Origin: Methanomethylovorans hollandica DSM 15978
GTDB taxonomy: Archaea; Halobacteriota; Methanosarcinia; Methanosarcinales; Methanosarcinaceae
Assembly: GCF_000328665.1 (NCBI RefSeq)
Contig: NC_019977.1
Location: 372,001-436,000 of the forward strand
Reading direction: 5' to 3'
DNA: 64,000 bases
In this document: positions 22,170-30,473 of the stretch, in pieces
How positions within the stretch are numbered: position 1 is the first letter of the stretch
Layout of the letters: the number at the start of each line of letters is the position of its first letter
Position numbers and translations under genes: made by a program
The notes under the pieces: generated by a model
Told to the model about the DNA's origin: nothing
The model's input: the letters and a program-made list of their open reading frames with translations, nothing else
Database searches by the model: none

Positions 22170-22335
22170 ATTCCTCTTCTTATACTCCATTTCCGTGATC
22201 CGCAAAACCGGGCTGAGGATGTTCAAATGGCTCAGGTACTTGATGATCCCTGCCTCCGACAAGCCTTCTGCATACAATACGTCCACAAAAGCAAAAATAG
22301 TGCTTTGTTCTTCTGTGAATAAGCTGGGTGAAATT
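22170..22335 (-). pseudogene. Tyrosine integrase N-terminal relic next to the tRNA 3' end
   Basis: With one frameshift it reads YSQKNKALIFAFVDVLYAEGLSEAGIIKYLSHLNIL, resembling N-termini of methanogen tRNA-associated integrases; no catalytic domain follows. Confidence 0.5.
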
Positions 22336-22360
22336 GTTGGGCTTATGACTGTGAAGTTCA

Positions 22361-22476
22361 CGCCGAGGTTGGGATTCGAACCCAAGCACCCCGTCAGGGG
22401 AAACCGGTCTCGAGCCGATCGCATATAGACTCCTGGGCAATTATTCCGTTGGATTGGTCCGCTCTGCCACCTCGGC
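22361..22476 (-). tRNA. tRNA-Ser(CGA) with a 30-nt D-loop intron (22425..22454)
   Basis: Acceptor GCCGAGG/CCTCGGC + G73, anticodon arm ATCGG-CTCGAGA-CCGGT, long variable arm CCCC-TGAC-GGGG, TTCGAAT T-loop; spliced length 86 nt. Confidence 0.93.
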
Positions 22477-22509
22477 ACCGCTGTTGCGAACTGGATGAAG
22501 GTTTTACTC

Positions 22510-22519
22510 TTTTATATAG
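22510..22519 (-). promoter_or_regulatory. Probable TATA box of the tRNA gene
   Basis: TATATAAA on the minus strand about 35 nt upstream of tRNA G1. Confidence 0.5.
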
Positions 22520-22532
22520 ATATCGTGGCGAT

Positions 22533-23777
22533 TCAGAAATCAAACAGAGATTTCTGTTTTTCTTTTTTGTCTGTGTGTCCAGCTTCAGGTTCTGAAAGAG
22601 GGGGACGATTGTTTCTATTTGCAGGCAATTCCAGCCAGCCGTACTGTCCTCCTCCACCCGGATGGATAATGATCTCCTCATTTCTGAAGGCCATGATCGC
22701 ATTTACTATTTTACGATCCACAAAATCTATATTTTCAGCCGGGATATCCAGGAGCACTTTAACCTCACTGCCAAATCTTTCCACCAGGGAGTTCCAGGCC
22801 GTTTGTACGCCCTTGGTGTTTATGCTGGCATGCCCCAATGCCATCATTATCACTTCAGAAAGAGGTGCCAGGTGCACATAGGGGGGCCTGTGATCAGGAT
22901 GCTGAGGCTCATCCAGGTCTGCAAGCTCGTTAACTCTATCTCTTACGCCTTTTTTTATCTGGCCTCTGCACTTGCTGCATCTCCAGTTCAGGCTTACAGC
23001 TTGTTGCATAGTGTAATGCGTAAAACATTTGATACATGCAGATTCGCTGTACTTGCCTTCCTGGGGATAGAACCCTACGTTAAGTGTCGGACCATAGCCT
23101 TCTTTTCTCATGATCGCTTTTTCAAGCCCTTCAAAAGTTACTTCCGGAACTTCCAATTGTGTGAACTCCCGAGCAAGCTTGTTGGCCATTGGGGAGTGAG
23201 CATCGGAATTCGTAAGGAATGTAAGCCTATGCAGTTCACTTATGCGGTCTGCGTAGTCACTGTCCGCACTGAGTCCAAGTTCAACAAAAGAAATGTATTC
23301 TGTCATATCTCTATAACAATCTTGTAGAGAATCATGTGCTGCATACATGGCGGTCCAGGGAGTGAATGCATGGCAGGGCCCTATTAATGCACCTATATCC
23401 TTTGCAGCCTCGGCAATTTCACAACCATCCATAAGAACCGTAGGCCTGCCGTCAGTCTTAATATCTCCATGTTTTTCCATCTCGACAGCGAGTTCTTCTG
23501 CTTTGGATATGGACGGCAGGATTAGAAGGTGGTGTACTCTGGATCTATCTTCGATCTCAGTTGTGAGTATAAAATCAGTGTTATCGATCCTTATAGTTTC
23601 ATTATCAATGGCTGCTCTTTTTATTTCCTCAAGCCATTTAGGATGGATACAATCCCCGGTGGCTACAAGATCAATTCCTTTCTTTGAAGCCTCTGTAGCC
23701 ATTGTAGGCAATTCCATCCGATCGGAGCATGCCATTGAATATTTAGAGTGCAGATGCAGATCTGCATTGATCTTCAT
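22533..23777 (-). CDS. TIGR00375 / endonuclease Q-family PHP nuclease
   Basis: DLHLHSKYS, RVHHL, HAFTPW, ELGLSAD, NSDAHS, C4 zinc finger, GGGGQYG. Confidence 0.88.
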   Translation of the reverse strand: MKINADLHLHSKYSMACSDRMELPTMATEASKKGIDLVATGDCIHPKWLEEIKRAAIDNETIRIDNTDFILTTEIEDRSRVHHLLILPSISKAEELAVEMEKHGDIKTDGRPTVLMDGCEIAEAAKDIGALIGPCHAFTPWTAMYAAHDSLQDCYRDMTEYISFVELGLSADSDYADRISELHRLTFLTNSDAHSPMANKLAREFTQLEVPEVTFEGLEKAIMRKEGYGPTLNVGFYPQEGKYSESACIKCFTHYTMQQAVSLNWRCSKCRGQIKKGVRDRVNELADLDEPQHPDHRPPYVHLAPLSEVIMMALGHASINTKGVQTAWNSLVERFGSEVKVLLDIPAENIDFVDRKIVNAIMAFRNEEIIIHPGGGGQYGWLELPANRNNRPPLSEPEAGHTDKKEKQKSLFDF

Positions 23778-23781
23778 GGGT

Positions 23782-24567
23782 TTACCCTATGTATCTTAGA
23801 TCCTCTTCTCCGGTTCCGATCTCTGGCATTATCTGGGATTGTTGCTGTTGCTGCTGCTCATATTCTTTAAGCCTGGCAACTATCTTTTCCATTTCCTTTG
23901 CGCGCTCTTCAAGAGGACCTGCATCTATGTCCAGATCAAATAGCTTGCAGATTACTTTCAACAATGATTGAGCGCTCTTCGGGTCAACGATGTAACCTGA
24001 GGTCATGCCCATTAAACATGCAGCATCAATACCTCTAAGTTTACACAATCCAAGCATTAGACCTGAAGCGCCCACAATGCCTCCTCCAGGCTCGTTTGGT
24101 TTGAATTGCACTCCTATCTCTTCCAGCCTGCTTTTCATTTCAGCTCGGCTCACTGCACCCAGGACTTCATCAATGTGAGTTAATTGCCCGGTTGGGAATC
24201 CTCCCAGAGTGTATATCGTTTTCACTCCCATCTCTTCAGCGAGATCAAGATACAACCCACAGAGTTCGTAATGTCCATTGGTAGTATTACTTTGATGGTC
24301 GCCAATAAGTATAAGAAGATCATGTTTTTCTGCTTTACATACATATATCTCGTTGTTGACCATTCTTATCTCGCTGTTCTCATCAACGAGAATCTGGGGA
24401 GGAAAATGAGGGGAATATATTTCTATGAGTTTTATGGACGTAAGTTCTTCCACAAGGTGTTCAGCAACAAGTTTTCCCACATGGCCCACGCCAGGAAGTC
24501 CCACGATCATTATGGGATCTTTTATATCAACATTCTTTTCTAGATGAATTACCCTGTTCTCGCGCAT
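23782..24567 (-). CDS. Proteasome assembly chaperone, PAC2 family
   Basis: GLPGVGHVGKLVAEHL, YSPHFPPQ, TLGGF, VDPKSA; conserved operon position. Confidence 0.9.
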   Translation of the reverse strand: MRENRVIHLEKNVDIKDPIMIVGLPGVGHVGKLVAEHLVEELTSIKLIEIYSPHFPPQILVDENSEIRMVNNEIYVCKAEKHDLLILIGDHQSNTTNGHYELCGLYLDLAEEMGVKTIYTLGGFPTGQLTHIDEVLGAVSRAEMKSRLEEIGVQFKPNEPGGGIVGASGLMLGLCKLRGIDAACLMGMTSGYIVDPKSAQSLLKVICKLFDLDIDAGPLEERAKEMEKIVARLKEYEQQQQQQSQIMPEIGTGEEDLRYIG

Positions 24568-24727
24568 TGGTATCCCTACTCCTTGCAATCCTGCGATATT
24601 TTCCATAGGGGTCAAGCGGTGAAAAACGCGGGGGCAAAGGGTTACCCGCTTTTCCTCCGCAATGAGTACATGTTTCTTTCAAAGTATACTGCCCGCATTG
24701 GACGCACTTCTTTATCCTGGAACCCAC
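24527..24727 (-). CDS. nop10: H/ACA RNP protein Nop10
   Basis: KCVQCGQYTLKETCTHCGG...PPRFSPLDPYGKYRR. Confidence 0.93.
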   Translation of the reverse strand: MGSRIKKCVQCGQYTLKETCTHCGGKAGNPLPPRFSPLDPYGKYRRIARSRDTNAREQGNSSRKEC

Positions 24728-24734
24728 CAGTATA

Positions 24735-25535
24735 TCACGCCTTTACACTTTCGTTATGACGATGGTACACTCCCTGGCCACCCAGTTTGTGTATTGTAGT
24801 GATAACAGCATTAGAAGCATTTTTTAATACAGATTCAGCAGTCTTATAGTCAGGTGCAATTACTTTGATCCTGTATCTTGGAGCACCTGTGTATGTGATC
24901 TCTACCTTTATTCCCTCTTTTTGGATCTCATTGGCAGCAGCCATTAGTGATTTTTTTATCACTTCGATCCCTTCGGGCAGATAACAGTTCAGATCTACAA
25001 AACCAGCGATATGAACGAACGGGAGTTTTATATTCTCCTGGGCGATTCTAAGGATACTTTTAACTACATTCTCTTCGAGTTTCATTTCCTCAAAAGGAGC
25101 TTCTCCGTTGATGGCAGCTTCTTCAAAAGCAGAATGCAGACTTCCAAAGCTTTCGTGAAGTTTGATCTTAAGCTTATCTAGCTCTTCATCTTTTATTTTT
25201 GTTTCCTCTTCAACGAACTGGAGCCATTTTATAGCTTTTTGCTCATTTTTCCAATCCTGGATCTTAGCACGTTTCTGGTGTTCATTGACATCTTTGAGGG
25301 ACAGATCAATGTGTCTGCGACCAGTATCCACTTTCAGGACCTTACATACAATTTTCTGACCTTCACGAACGTAATCACGTACGTATTTTACCCATCCGGC
25401 CTTGATCTCGGAAATATGGATGAATCCTTCTTTACCGCCATATTCCTCAAGTGTGGTATATGCACCAAAGTCCACTACGTCCTTTACCGTACATACTACA
25501 AAATCGCCAATATCTGGCCACTCATTGATATCCAT
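24735..25535 (-). CDS. eif2a: Translation initiation factor aIF-2 alpha
   Basis: S1 domain EGFIHISEIKAGW, GAPRYRI. Confidence 0.96.
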   Translation of the reverse strand: MDINEWPDIGDFVVCTVKDVVDFGAYTTLEEYGGKEGFIHISEIKAGWVKYVRDYVREGQKIVCKVLKVDTGRRHIDLSLKDVNEHQKRAKIQDWKNEQKAIKWLQFVEEETKIKDEELDKLKIKLHESFGSLHSAFEEAAINGEAPFEEMKLEENVVKSILRIAQENIKLPFVHIAGFVDLNCYLPEGIEVIKKSLMAAANEIQKEGIKVEITYTGAPRYRIKVIAPDYKTAESVLKNASNAVITTIHKLGGQGVYHRHNESVKA

Positions 25536-25554
25536 CTGATCACTTTTTGTACAC

Positions 25555-25731
25555 TTATTCCAGGACTTCCAGGATGTGTGTTGTTATAGTTGATTTGCCA
25601 CCGGTAGACTCTGCGAGGGTCCTGCCGCATACCAGGCATGTTACCTTGGTGCTTGCACTTCCAAATATAACTTGTTCGTTCTCACAGTCATTGCATTTGA
25701 CACGTAAGAATCTGCTTTTTGGTTTTGACAT
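25555..25731 (-). CDS. rps27e: 30S ribosomal protein S27e (58 aa, not in the ORF track)
   Basis: [47 protein letters not shown]. Confidence 0.96.
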   Translation of the reverse strand: MSKPKSRFLRVKCNDCENEQVIFGSASTKVTCLVCGRTLAESTGGKSTITTHILEVLE

Positions 25732-25737
25732 TGATCA

Positions 25738-26016
25738 TCACTCCGCAAATTCGAATTTCTTTGCTCTGAAACATGGCCTCTGATGTGATTTATTGCACAC
25801 TGAGCAGCGGTACTTGAGGAATATCCTTTTAGTGGGTTTATCTCCACCTGGAACCTTTGAGAATTTTCCGCTGTTGCCTATTCCTATCTGGCGTTTCTTC
25901 TGTCTTTCTATATGTGTCAGTGAGGAAGCTTTTCCTTTCTTCACCCTCTCCACCACATGTTCGGTGTGTTTTTTACAGAAAGGGCAGTGTGTTCTGAATC
26001 TTTTTGGGATCTTCAT
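25738..26016 (-). CDS. rpl44e: 50S ribosomal protein L44e
   Basis: [18 protein letters not shown]...[15 protein letters not shown]. Confidence 0.97.
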   Translation of the reverse strand: MKIPKRFRTHCPFCKKHTEHVVERVKKGKASSLTHIERQKKRQIGIGNSGKFSKVPGGDKPTKRIFLKYRCSVCNKSHQRPCFRAKKFEFAE

Positions 26017-26040
26017 TATCTACACCTTTATTGATCTGAA

Positions 26041-26766
26041 TTATAGTTCCTTGATGATGTGTGCAACGTTGCGTTTCACAAGACCTTGCGCATTAAGGGT
26101 CGGCAAAACAACAATATCCTCTGCACGCAGTGCATAATTACGATTATCTAAAGCCTTAAAGGTAGGTATCTCCTTCAGTATTCGCACAACAACGAACTCT
26201 TCATTTATATTACTTTTGCCTATTACGTCTGGAATACTTTCTTCAGGTATTCCCTGTGCTCTTTCTGTTCTTTCAGTCACTTCCAAAGTACTAGGGTTGG
26301 AATTTCCTCCGTGAACATGTTTTTGCAGAGCAACATTTATTGAAGCACTTTCTCTGGAAGGTATACATATTGAAGACGATAATACCTCTGGATTAAGGAT
26401 CGGTTCCAGTAGTTCTCCTCTTGCAGAGTTAATGGCAGATAATACAGAATCATAGATCTTCTTTTCAGCAGGCAATAGTTTATCCATATCCTGATTCGGT
26501 GATTTTTTTGAAAATGCGTTTGAAGTTGCCCTTGTGGTGATCTTTTTTATCCTGCGGAGGAATATTACTTCGATGTCTGTGATGGCGCTCTGCAGTTCAT
26601 CTTCCAGCATTCTGGATTCAACAGATCTGGGGTTATTGATCAGTCTGATCTCGTCTTCCAGTTCCCGGATGTACTTAGCTACATTCTCATAGAAATCGGA
26701 ACTTAAGGACCTGAGGGAAGAACTGCTCTCACTGCGCAGGATATCTTTTAATTCTGTCCTATCCAT
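26041..26766 (-). CDS. ginS: GINS complex subunit (Gins15/51-type)
   Basis: DFYENVAKYI, RRIKKI, C-terminal B-domain VRILKEIPTF...NAQGLVKRNVA; conserved position upstream of rpl44e. Confidence 0.85.
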   Translation of the reverse strand: MDRTELKDILRSESSSSLRSLSSDFYENVAKYIRELEDEIRLINNPRSVESRMLEDELQSAITDIEVIFLRRIKKITTRATSNAFSKKSPNQDMDKLLPAEKKIYDSVLSAINSARGELLEPILNPEVLSSSICIPSRESASINVALQKHVHGGNSNPSTLEVTERTERAQGIPEESIPDVIGKSNINEEFVVVRILKEIPTFKALDNRNYALRAEDIVVLPTLNAQGLVKRNVAHIIKEL

Positions 26767-26767
26767 A

Positions 26768-26943
26768 TTATGTCGCACCTCTGCACATCAGGTGCACTGC
26801 CGCATAATTGAGATCCAGTCTCGACAACTCATTCACCATAGTAGTTTTCCTTTTAACTTTAAAACACAATAGTTACATCCTTCATTTTGGGCCTGCTGGG
26901 ATGTATATGACACTCCGTCAACCTTTAAACCTTTATTGTTCAT
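26768..26943 (-). pseudogene. priS: Collapsed relic of a DNA primase small subunit gene
   Basis: Fragments HPSRPKMK, KDVTIVF and YAAVHLMCRGA match YPSAPKMK, KDVHIVF and YVAVHLLCRGV of the intact PriS, in the same order. Confidence 0.7.
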
Positions 26944-27234
26944 CAGTGTGGTGATACCTCCTTTGTTATCAAGACCCTAAAACCTACTGCTCATACTATA
27001 TATCTCAGATTAAGGTACATAACTTTCTCTTTTTGTGTTTTTACTTCATTTAATTATGTTATACTTTTTTTAGGATGCCAGATGCTATATTCAAAATCTA
27101 AAAATTAAAAAAAAAGAAAAACAGAGAATTGGAGACATTAGACGCTATTTCTTACCTGAAACCCAGAAAAGACTTTAAAACAAGGATTAATTATGATCCT
27201 CTCTGACATCTCCTCTTTTTCGTATTTGAGTGTC

Positions 27235-28854
27235 TTATTTTAATAGTCTCTCCATGTCTGCTTCTACAGTACTGTTTGGTGTTATATTGAACTTCTCCAC
27301 CAGGACCTTGAGAATATTTGGTGAGATAAATGCCGGTAGCTTTGGGCCAAGGGTAATATTGCGTATTTCAAGCCTCAGAAGGGTAAGCAATACAAGAACT
27401 GCTTTTTGTTCGTACCATGCTATATTGTATGAGATCGGAGCTTCGTTAACATCGATAAATCCAAGTCTGGACATGAGTCCTTGTGCAATGACGATCAGTG
27501 AAAATGAATCATTGCACTGTCCTGCATCCAGTACTCTTGGTATCCCATCAATTTCTCCAAGATTAAGTTTGTTGTAACGATATTTTGCACACCCTGCTGT
27601 AAGTATAACAGCATCTTGTGGAAGTGCTTCTGCAAAATCAGTATAATACTGTCTCTCCTTGTGACGTCCGTCACATCCTGCCATAACAATGAACTTCTTT
27701 ATCTTGCCTGCTTTGACGGCATTAACGATCTTATCTGCGTTAGATAGTACTGAATTGTAAGCAAAGCCTGTCATAATGGTACCCTCTTCCAGTTGTACCG
27801 GGGGCTCGCAGGTCTTTGCCTGCTCGATTATTGTTGAGAAGTCTTTCTTACCATCTTCAGCCACAATATGTGTGGCACCATCATAACCTACGGGACCCGT
27901 AGTGTATAATCTGTCAATATAGCTGTTCCTTGGTGGAACTATGCAATTGGTCGTCAGTAATATCGGTCCGTTGAAACTCTCGAATTCCTGCTGCTGGCGC
28001 CACCATGATCCGCCGTAGTTTCCTATCAGGTGTCCGTACTTCTTAAATTCAGGATATGAATTTGCAGGTAGCATCTCTCCATGAGTGTATACATCTATCC
28101 CTGTTCCTTCGGTTTGGTCCAATAATTGTTTCAGGTCATGCAGGTCATGTCCGCTGATGAGGATACCAGGTTTGTCGCTTGTTCCAATATTGACCAAAGT
28201 AGGTTCTGGATTTCCGAATGTAGCGGTATTTGCCATGTCAAGTTCCGCCATTACATCAAAACCCTTTTCCCCACATTTTAGGACCAGTGAGATAAGCTTC
28301 TTATCAGTTAGACTGTCATCCGTGGTTGCCACAAGAGCTTCTTCTATAAATTTATTGATTTTTTTATTATAACGTCCAAGCATCATAGCATGATGTGCAT
28401 ATGCTGCAATTCCTTTGATACCATAGATCAATAGTTCTCTCAATGATCGGATATCTTCGTCCTCTGTTGTAAGAATGCAGGTATTTATGTCCTTGAGGTT
28501 TTCAGGGGTCAAAGTTGCGATTTCAGGCAGATCTTTCTCATTAAGCAGATTATTATCCTGGAGTTTTTGCCTGATCTCACTCTGGAGTTTGAGCCCTCTG
28601 TCGATGCGGTCCTGAATTCCGCTCGTTCTGAAATCTGTATTCGTTATTGTTGAGAACAATGCATCGAGCATAAACTCATCAGTGTTCTTCTCAGAAATAC
28701 CTGCCTCTCTTGCTTTCTGGTTGTAGAATGCAATGCTCTTAAGCACATAGATGAGATCGTCCTGAAGGTCTGCGATTTCCCCTTTCTTACCGCACATACC
28801 GTTCTTTGTGCAGCCTTCCCCATTCATTGTTTCTTCACACTGGTAGCAGAACAT
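27235..28854 (-). CDS. hcp: Hybrid cluster protein / hydroxylamine reductase
   Basis: MFCYQCEE...[43 protein letters not shown]. Confidence 0.97.
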   Translation of the reverse strand: MFCYQCEETMNGEGCTKNGMCGKKGEIADLQDDLIYVLKSIAFYNQKAREAGISEKNTDEFMLDALFSTITNTDFRTSGIQDRIDRGLKLQSEIRQKLQDNNLLNEKDLPEIATLTPENLKDINTCILTTEDEDIRSLRELLIYGIKGIAAYAHHAMMLGRYNKKINKFIEEALVATTDDSLTDKKLISLVLKCGEKGFDVMAELDMANTATFGNPEPTLVNIGTSDKPGILISGHDLHDLKQLLDQTEGTGIDVYTHGEMLPANSYPEFKKYGHLIGNYGGSWWRQQQEFESFNGPILLTTNCIVPPRNSYIDRLYTTGPVGYDGATHIVAEDGKKDFSTIIEQAKTCEPPVQLEEGTIMTGFAYNSVLSNADKIVNAVKAGKIKKFIVMAGCDGRHKERQYYTDFAEALPQDAVILTAGCAKYRYNKLNLGEIDGIPRVLDAGQCNDSFSLIVIAQGLMSRLGFIDVNEAPISYNIAWYEQKAVLVLLTLLRLEIRNITLGPKLPAFISPNILKVLVEKFNITPNSTVEADMERLLK

Positions 28855-28963
28855 TTTGTCACCTTTTATTTTTGTAGACTAATGTGTAGATATGTCTATT
28901 TACTTTTTATGCTACTATATTTTTTCCCGGAAACATCACTGTTTTCAGGCATTACATAATTAA

Positions 28964-28995
28964 TGTCTAAATACAAATAATATCTAAATACAAAT
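28964..28995. promoter_or_regulatory. Direct repeat upstream of hcp, candidate regulator site
   Basis: tctaaatacaaat at 28966 and 28983 (17-nt period); related tgtctatttac at 28893. Confidence 0.4.
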
Positions 28996-29194
28996 CAATT
29001 ATCCTCTTTTGAGTAAGAAGGTCTTTACATAAATTCAGTTCATTCTGTTGTCAGAAGAAATCAAAATACAAAATCGGTTCATTAAGTTTTTATTTTCTGA
29101 GGCTTGTCGTGCTCTTAAAGAAATCCCAAAATAAGGTTCTGAGGGAATAAGCACTTCACTGTGTAGCATATCCTTTGCATATCTCTTAATTGTG

Positions 29195-30361
29195 TCATAT
29201 TTCAGCTACTCCTCTGCACAGAAGGTGTACAGCTACATACTCAGGAAGTTCCTGCTCTCCTGGTTCCACCTCGATATCTTTTCCTTTCATCTGCACTGCA
29301 AAGGGCTTGATGATTTTTAACCTTGTCAATTTATCATTGAAGACCACCGCATCTCTTAAAGGTTCGAACTTTTCAAGTTCATCAATCGTTAAGGACATGA
29401 CCTTTAGCCCAGAACCGCCATGTAAAGACCCTGGGAGACGTATCAAACGCTTAATGTCAGCTGTAACAGGCTCATCAACAACTGCTGACATTTTCCTTAT
29501 ACCTTCTTCTATCAGTGCATTGATAACTTTTTTATTCACTACGGATAGAACATCAATATTTCCTTTTTTCAATACTTCTATCTGTGAATCATCCCTGAAT
29601 ACTTCTATGATCTGTCGGGCAGTTTTCTCGCCTACTCCTTTGAATCCTCTAAGGATCTCTTCGGCATCATCTCTGGCAGTTATTTCTTTTAAAAAAGAAA
29701 TGAAATATCTATTGATCCTTCCTTTCCACCCACCTTCAGCTTCCGAAGGAAATACCATCATCTGCGCACTCTCTCTTCCGGCGTCCCCGCTTACTTCTTT
29801 TGTATCAAGTATCCTCTCAAGGTCCATTCCTTTTGCACTTACATAATCAACAATTTCGCGTCTTTCAGGGCTTTCCAGATGCAGTACCGAAGGATCTGTT
29901 ATATGGCAGTGGTATCCTCTTCCTCCAGAGAATACGATATGTACATCCTTTTCCTCGAATCCAAAGTCATCAAGCAGAAATTCCATAAGTTTAAAAGTCT
30001 CTTTCTTTCCTTTTTCGAGCATTTCAGCATACGAATTGATCTTCCCTGGAAGATGGTCGGAGTCTATATCAAAGATCAGATCTGCCTTTTGCCAGTTCTT
30101 CTCCTTCATTTTAGGTGCGCTGGGATACTCATAGTATGCAACAGAATAATAGGCATGCGCAGGGGATATTCCTTTAAGATAGTCCTTTATTTCCCCTTCT
30201 GAGCCGAAAGCGATGTGTCTTTTCATAAAAGTTTCAGAACTGTCGCTGAAAGGAATAAATCCCCACTCACGAGCCATGTGTTCAGGGGGGAGGTGTATCT
30301 CAGCTTGTGAGTAGTATGTCTGGAACCTGCTAACAAGATAATTCCGTGTTCTTTCGTTCAT
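29195..30361 (-). CDS. priS: DNA primase small (catalytic) subunit
   Basis: REWGF, DLIFDIDSD, FSGGRGYH, DEPVTADIKRLIRLPGSLHG. Confidence 0.96.
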   Translation of the reverse strand: MNERTRNYLVSRFQTYYSQAEIHLPPEHMAREWGFIPFSDSSETFMKRHIAFGSEGEIKDYLKGISPAHAYYSVAYYEYPSAPKMKEKNWQKADLIFDIDSDHLPGKINSYAEMLEKGKKETFKLMEFLLDDFGFEEKDVHIVFSGGRGYHCHITDPSVLHLESPERREIVDYVSAKGMDLERILDTKEVSGDAGRESAQMMVFPSEAEGGWKGRINRYFISFLKEITARDDAEEILRGFKGVGEKTARQIIEVFRDDSQIEVLKKGNIDVLSVVNKKVINALIEEGIRKMSAVVDEPVTADIKRLIRLPGSLHGGSGLKVMSLTIDELEKFEPLRDAVVFNDKLTRLKIIKPFAVQMKGKDIEVEPGEQELPEYVAVHLLCRGVAEI

Positions 30362-30473
30362 TTTCGCACTTTTGTTGTTTTACTTTCTTATTCCTGGCTC
30401 AATGGCCAGATTATCATTAATGTTACTTTCTTGTCATAAACCTTATAGTCAACACCTGCATTATAGTCGCTTT

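Noticed and set aside
22143..22881. ORFs 22143..22478, 22180..22440, 22195..22428, 22394..22702 and 22495..22881
   Set aside because: They overlap the tRNA or the TIGR00375 gene; only the integrase-like fragment has recognisable coding signal
23839..23858. CAG/CAA run encoding polyQ in PAC2
   Set aside because: Short, mixed-codon, low-complexity tail; not a contingency repeat
28926..28950. Imperfect palindrome ggaaacatcactgttttc as an NrpR operator
   Set aside because: Does not fit the GGAA-N6-TTCC spacing
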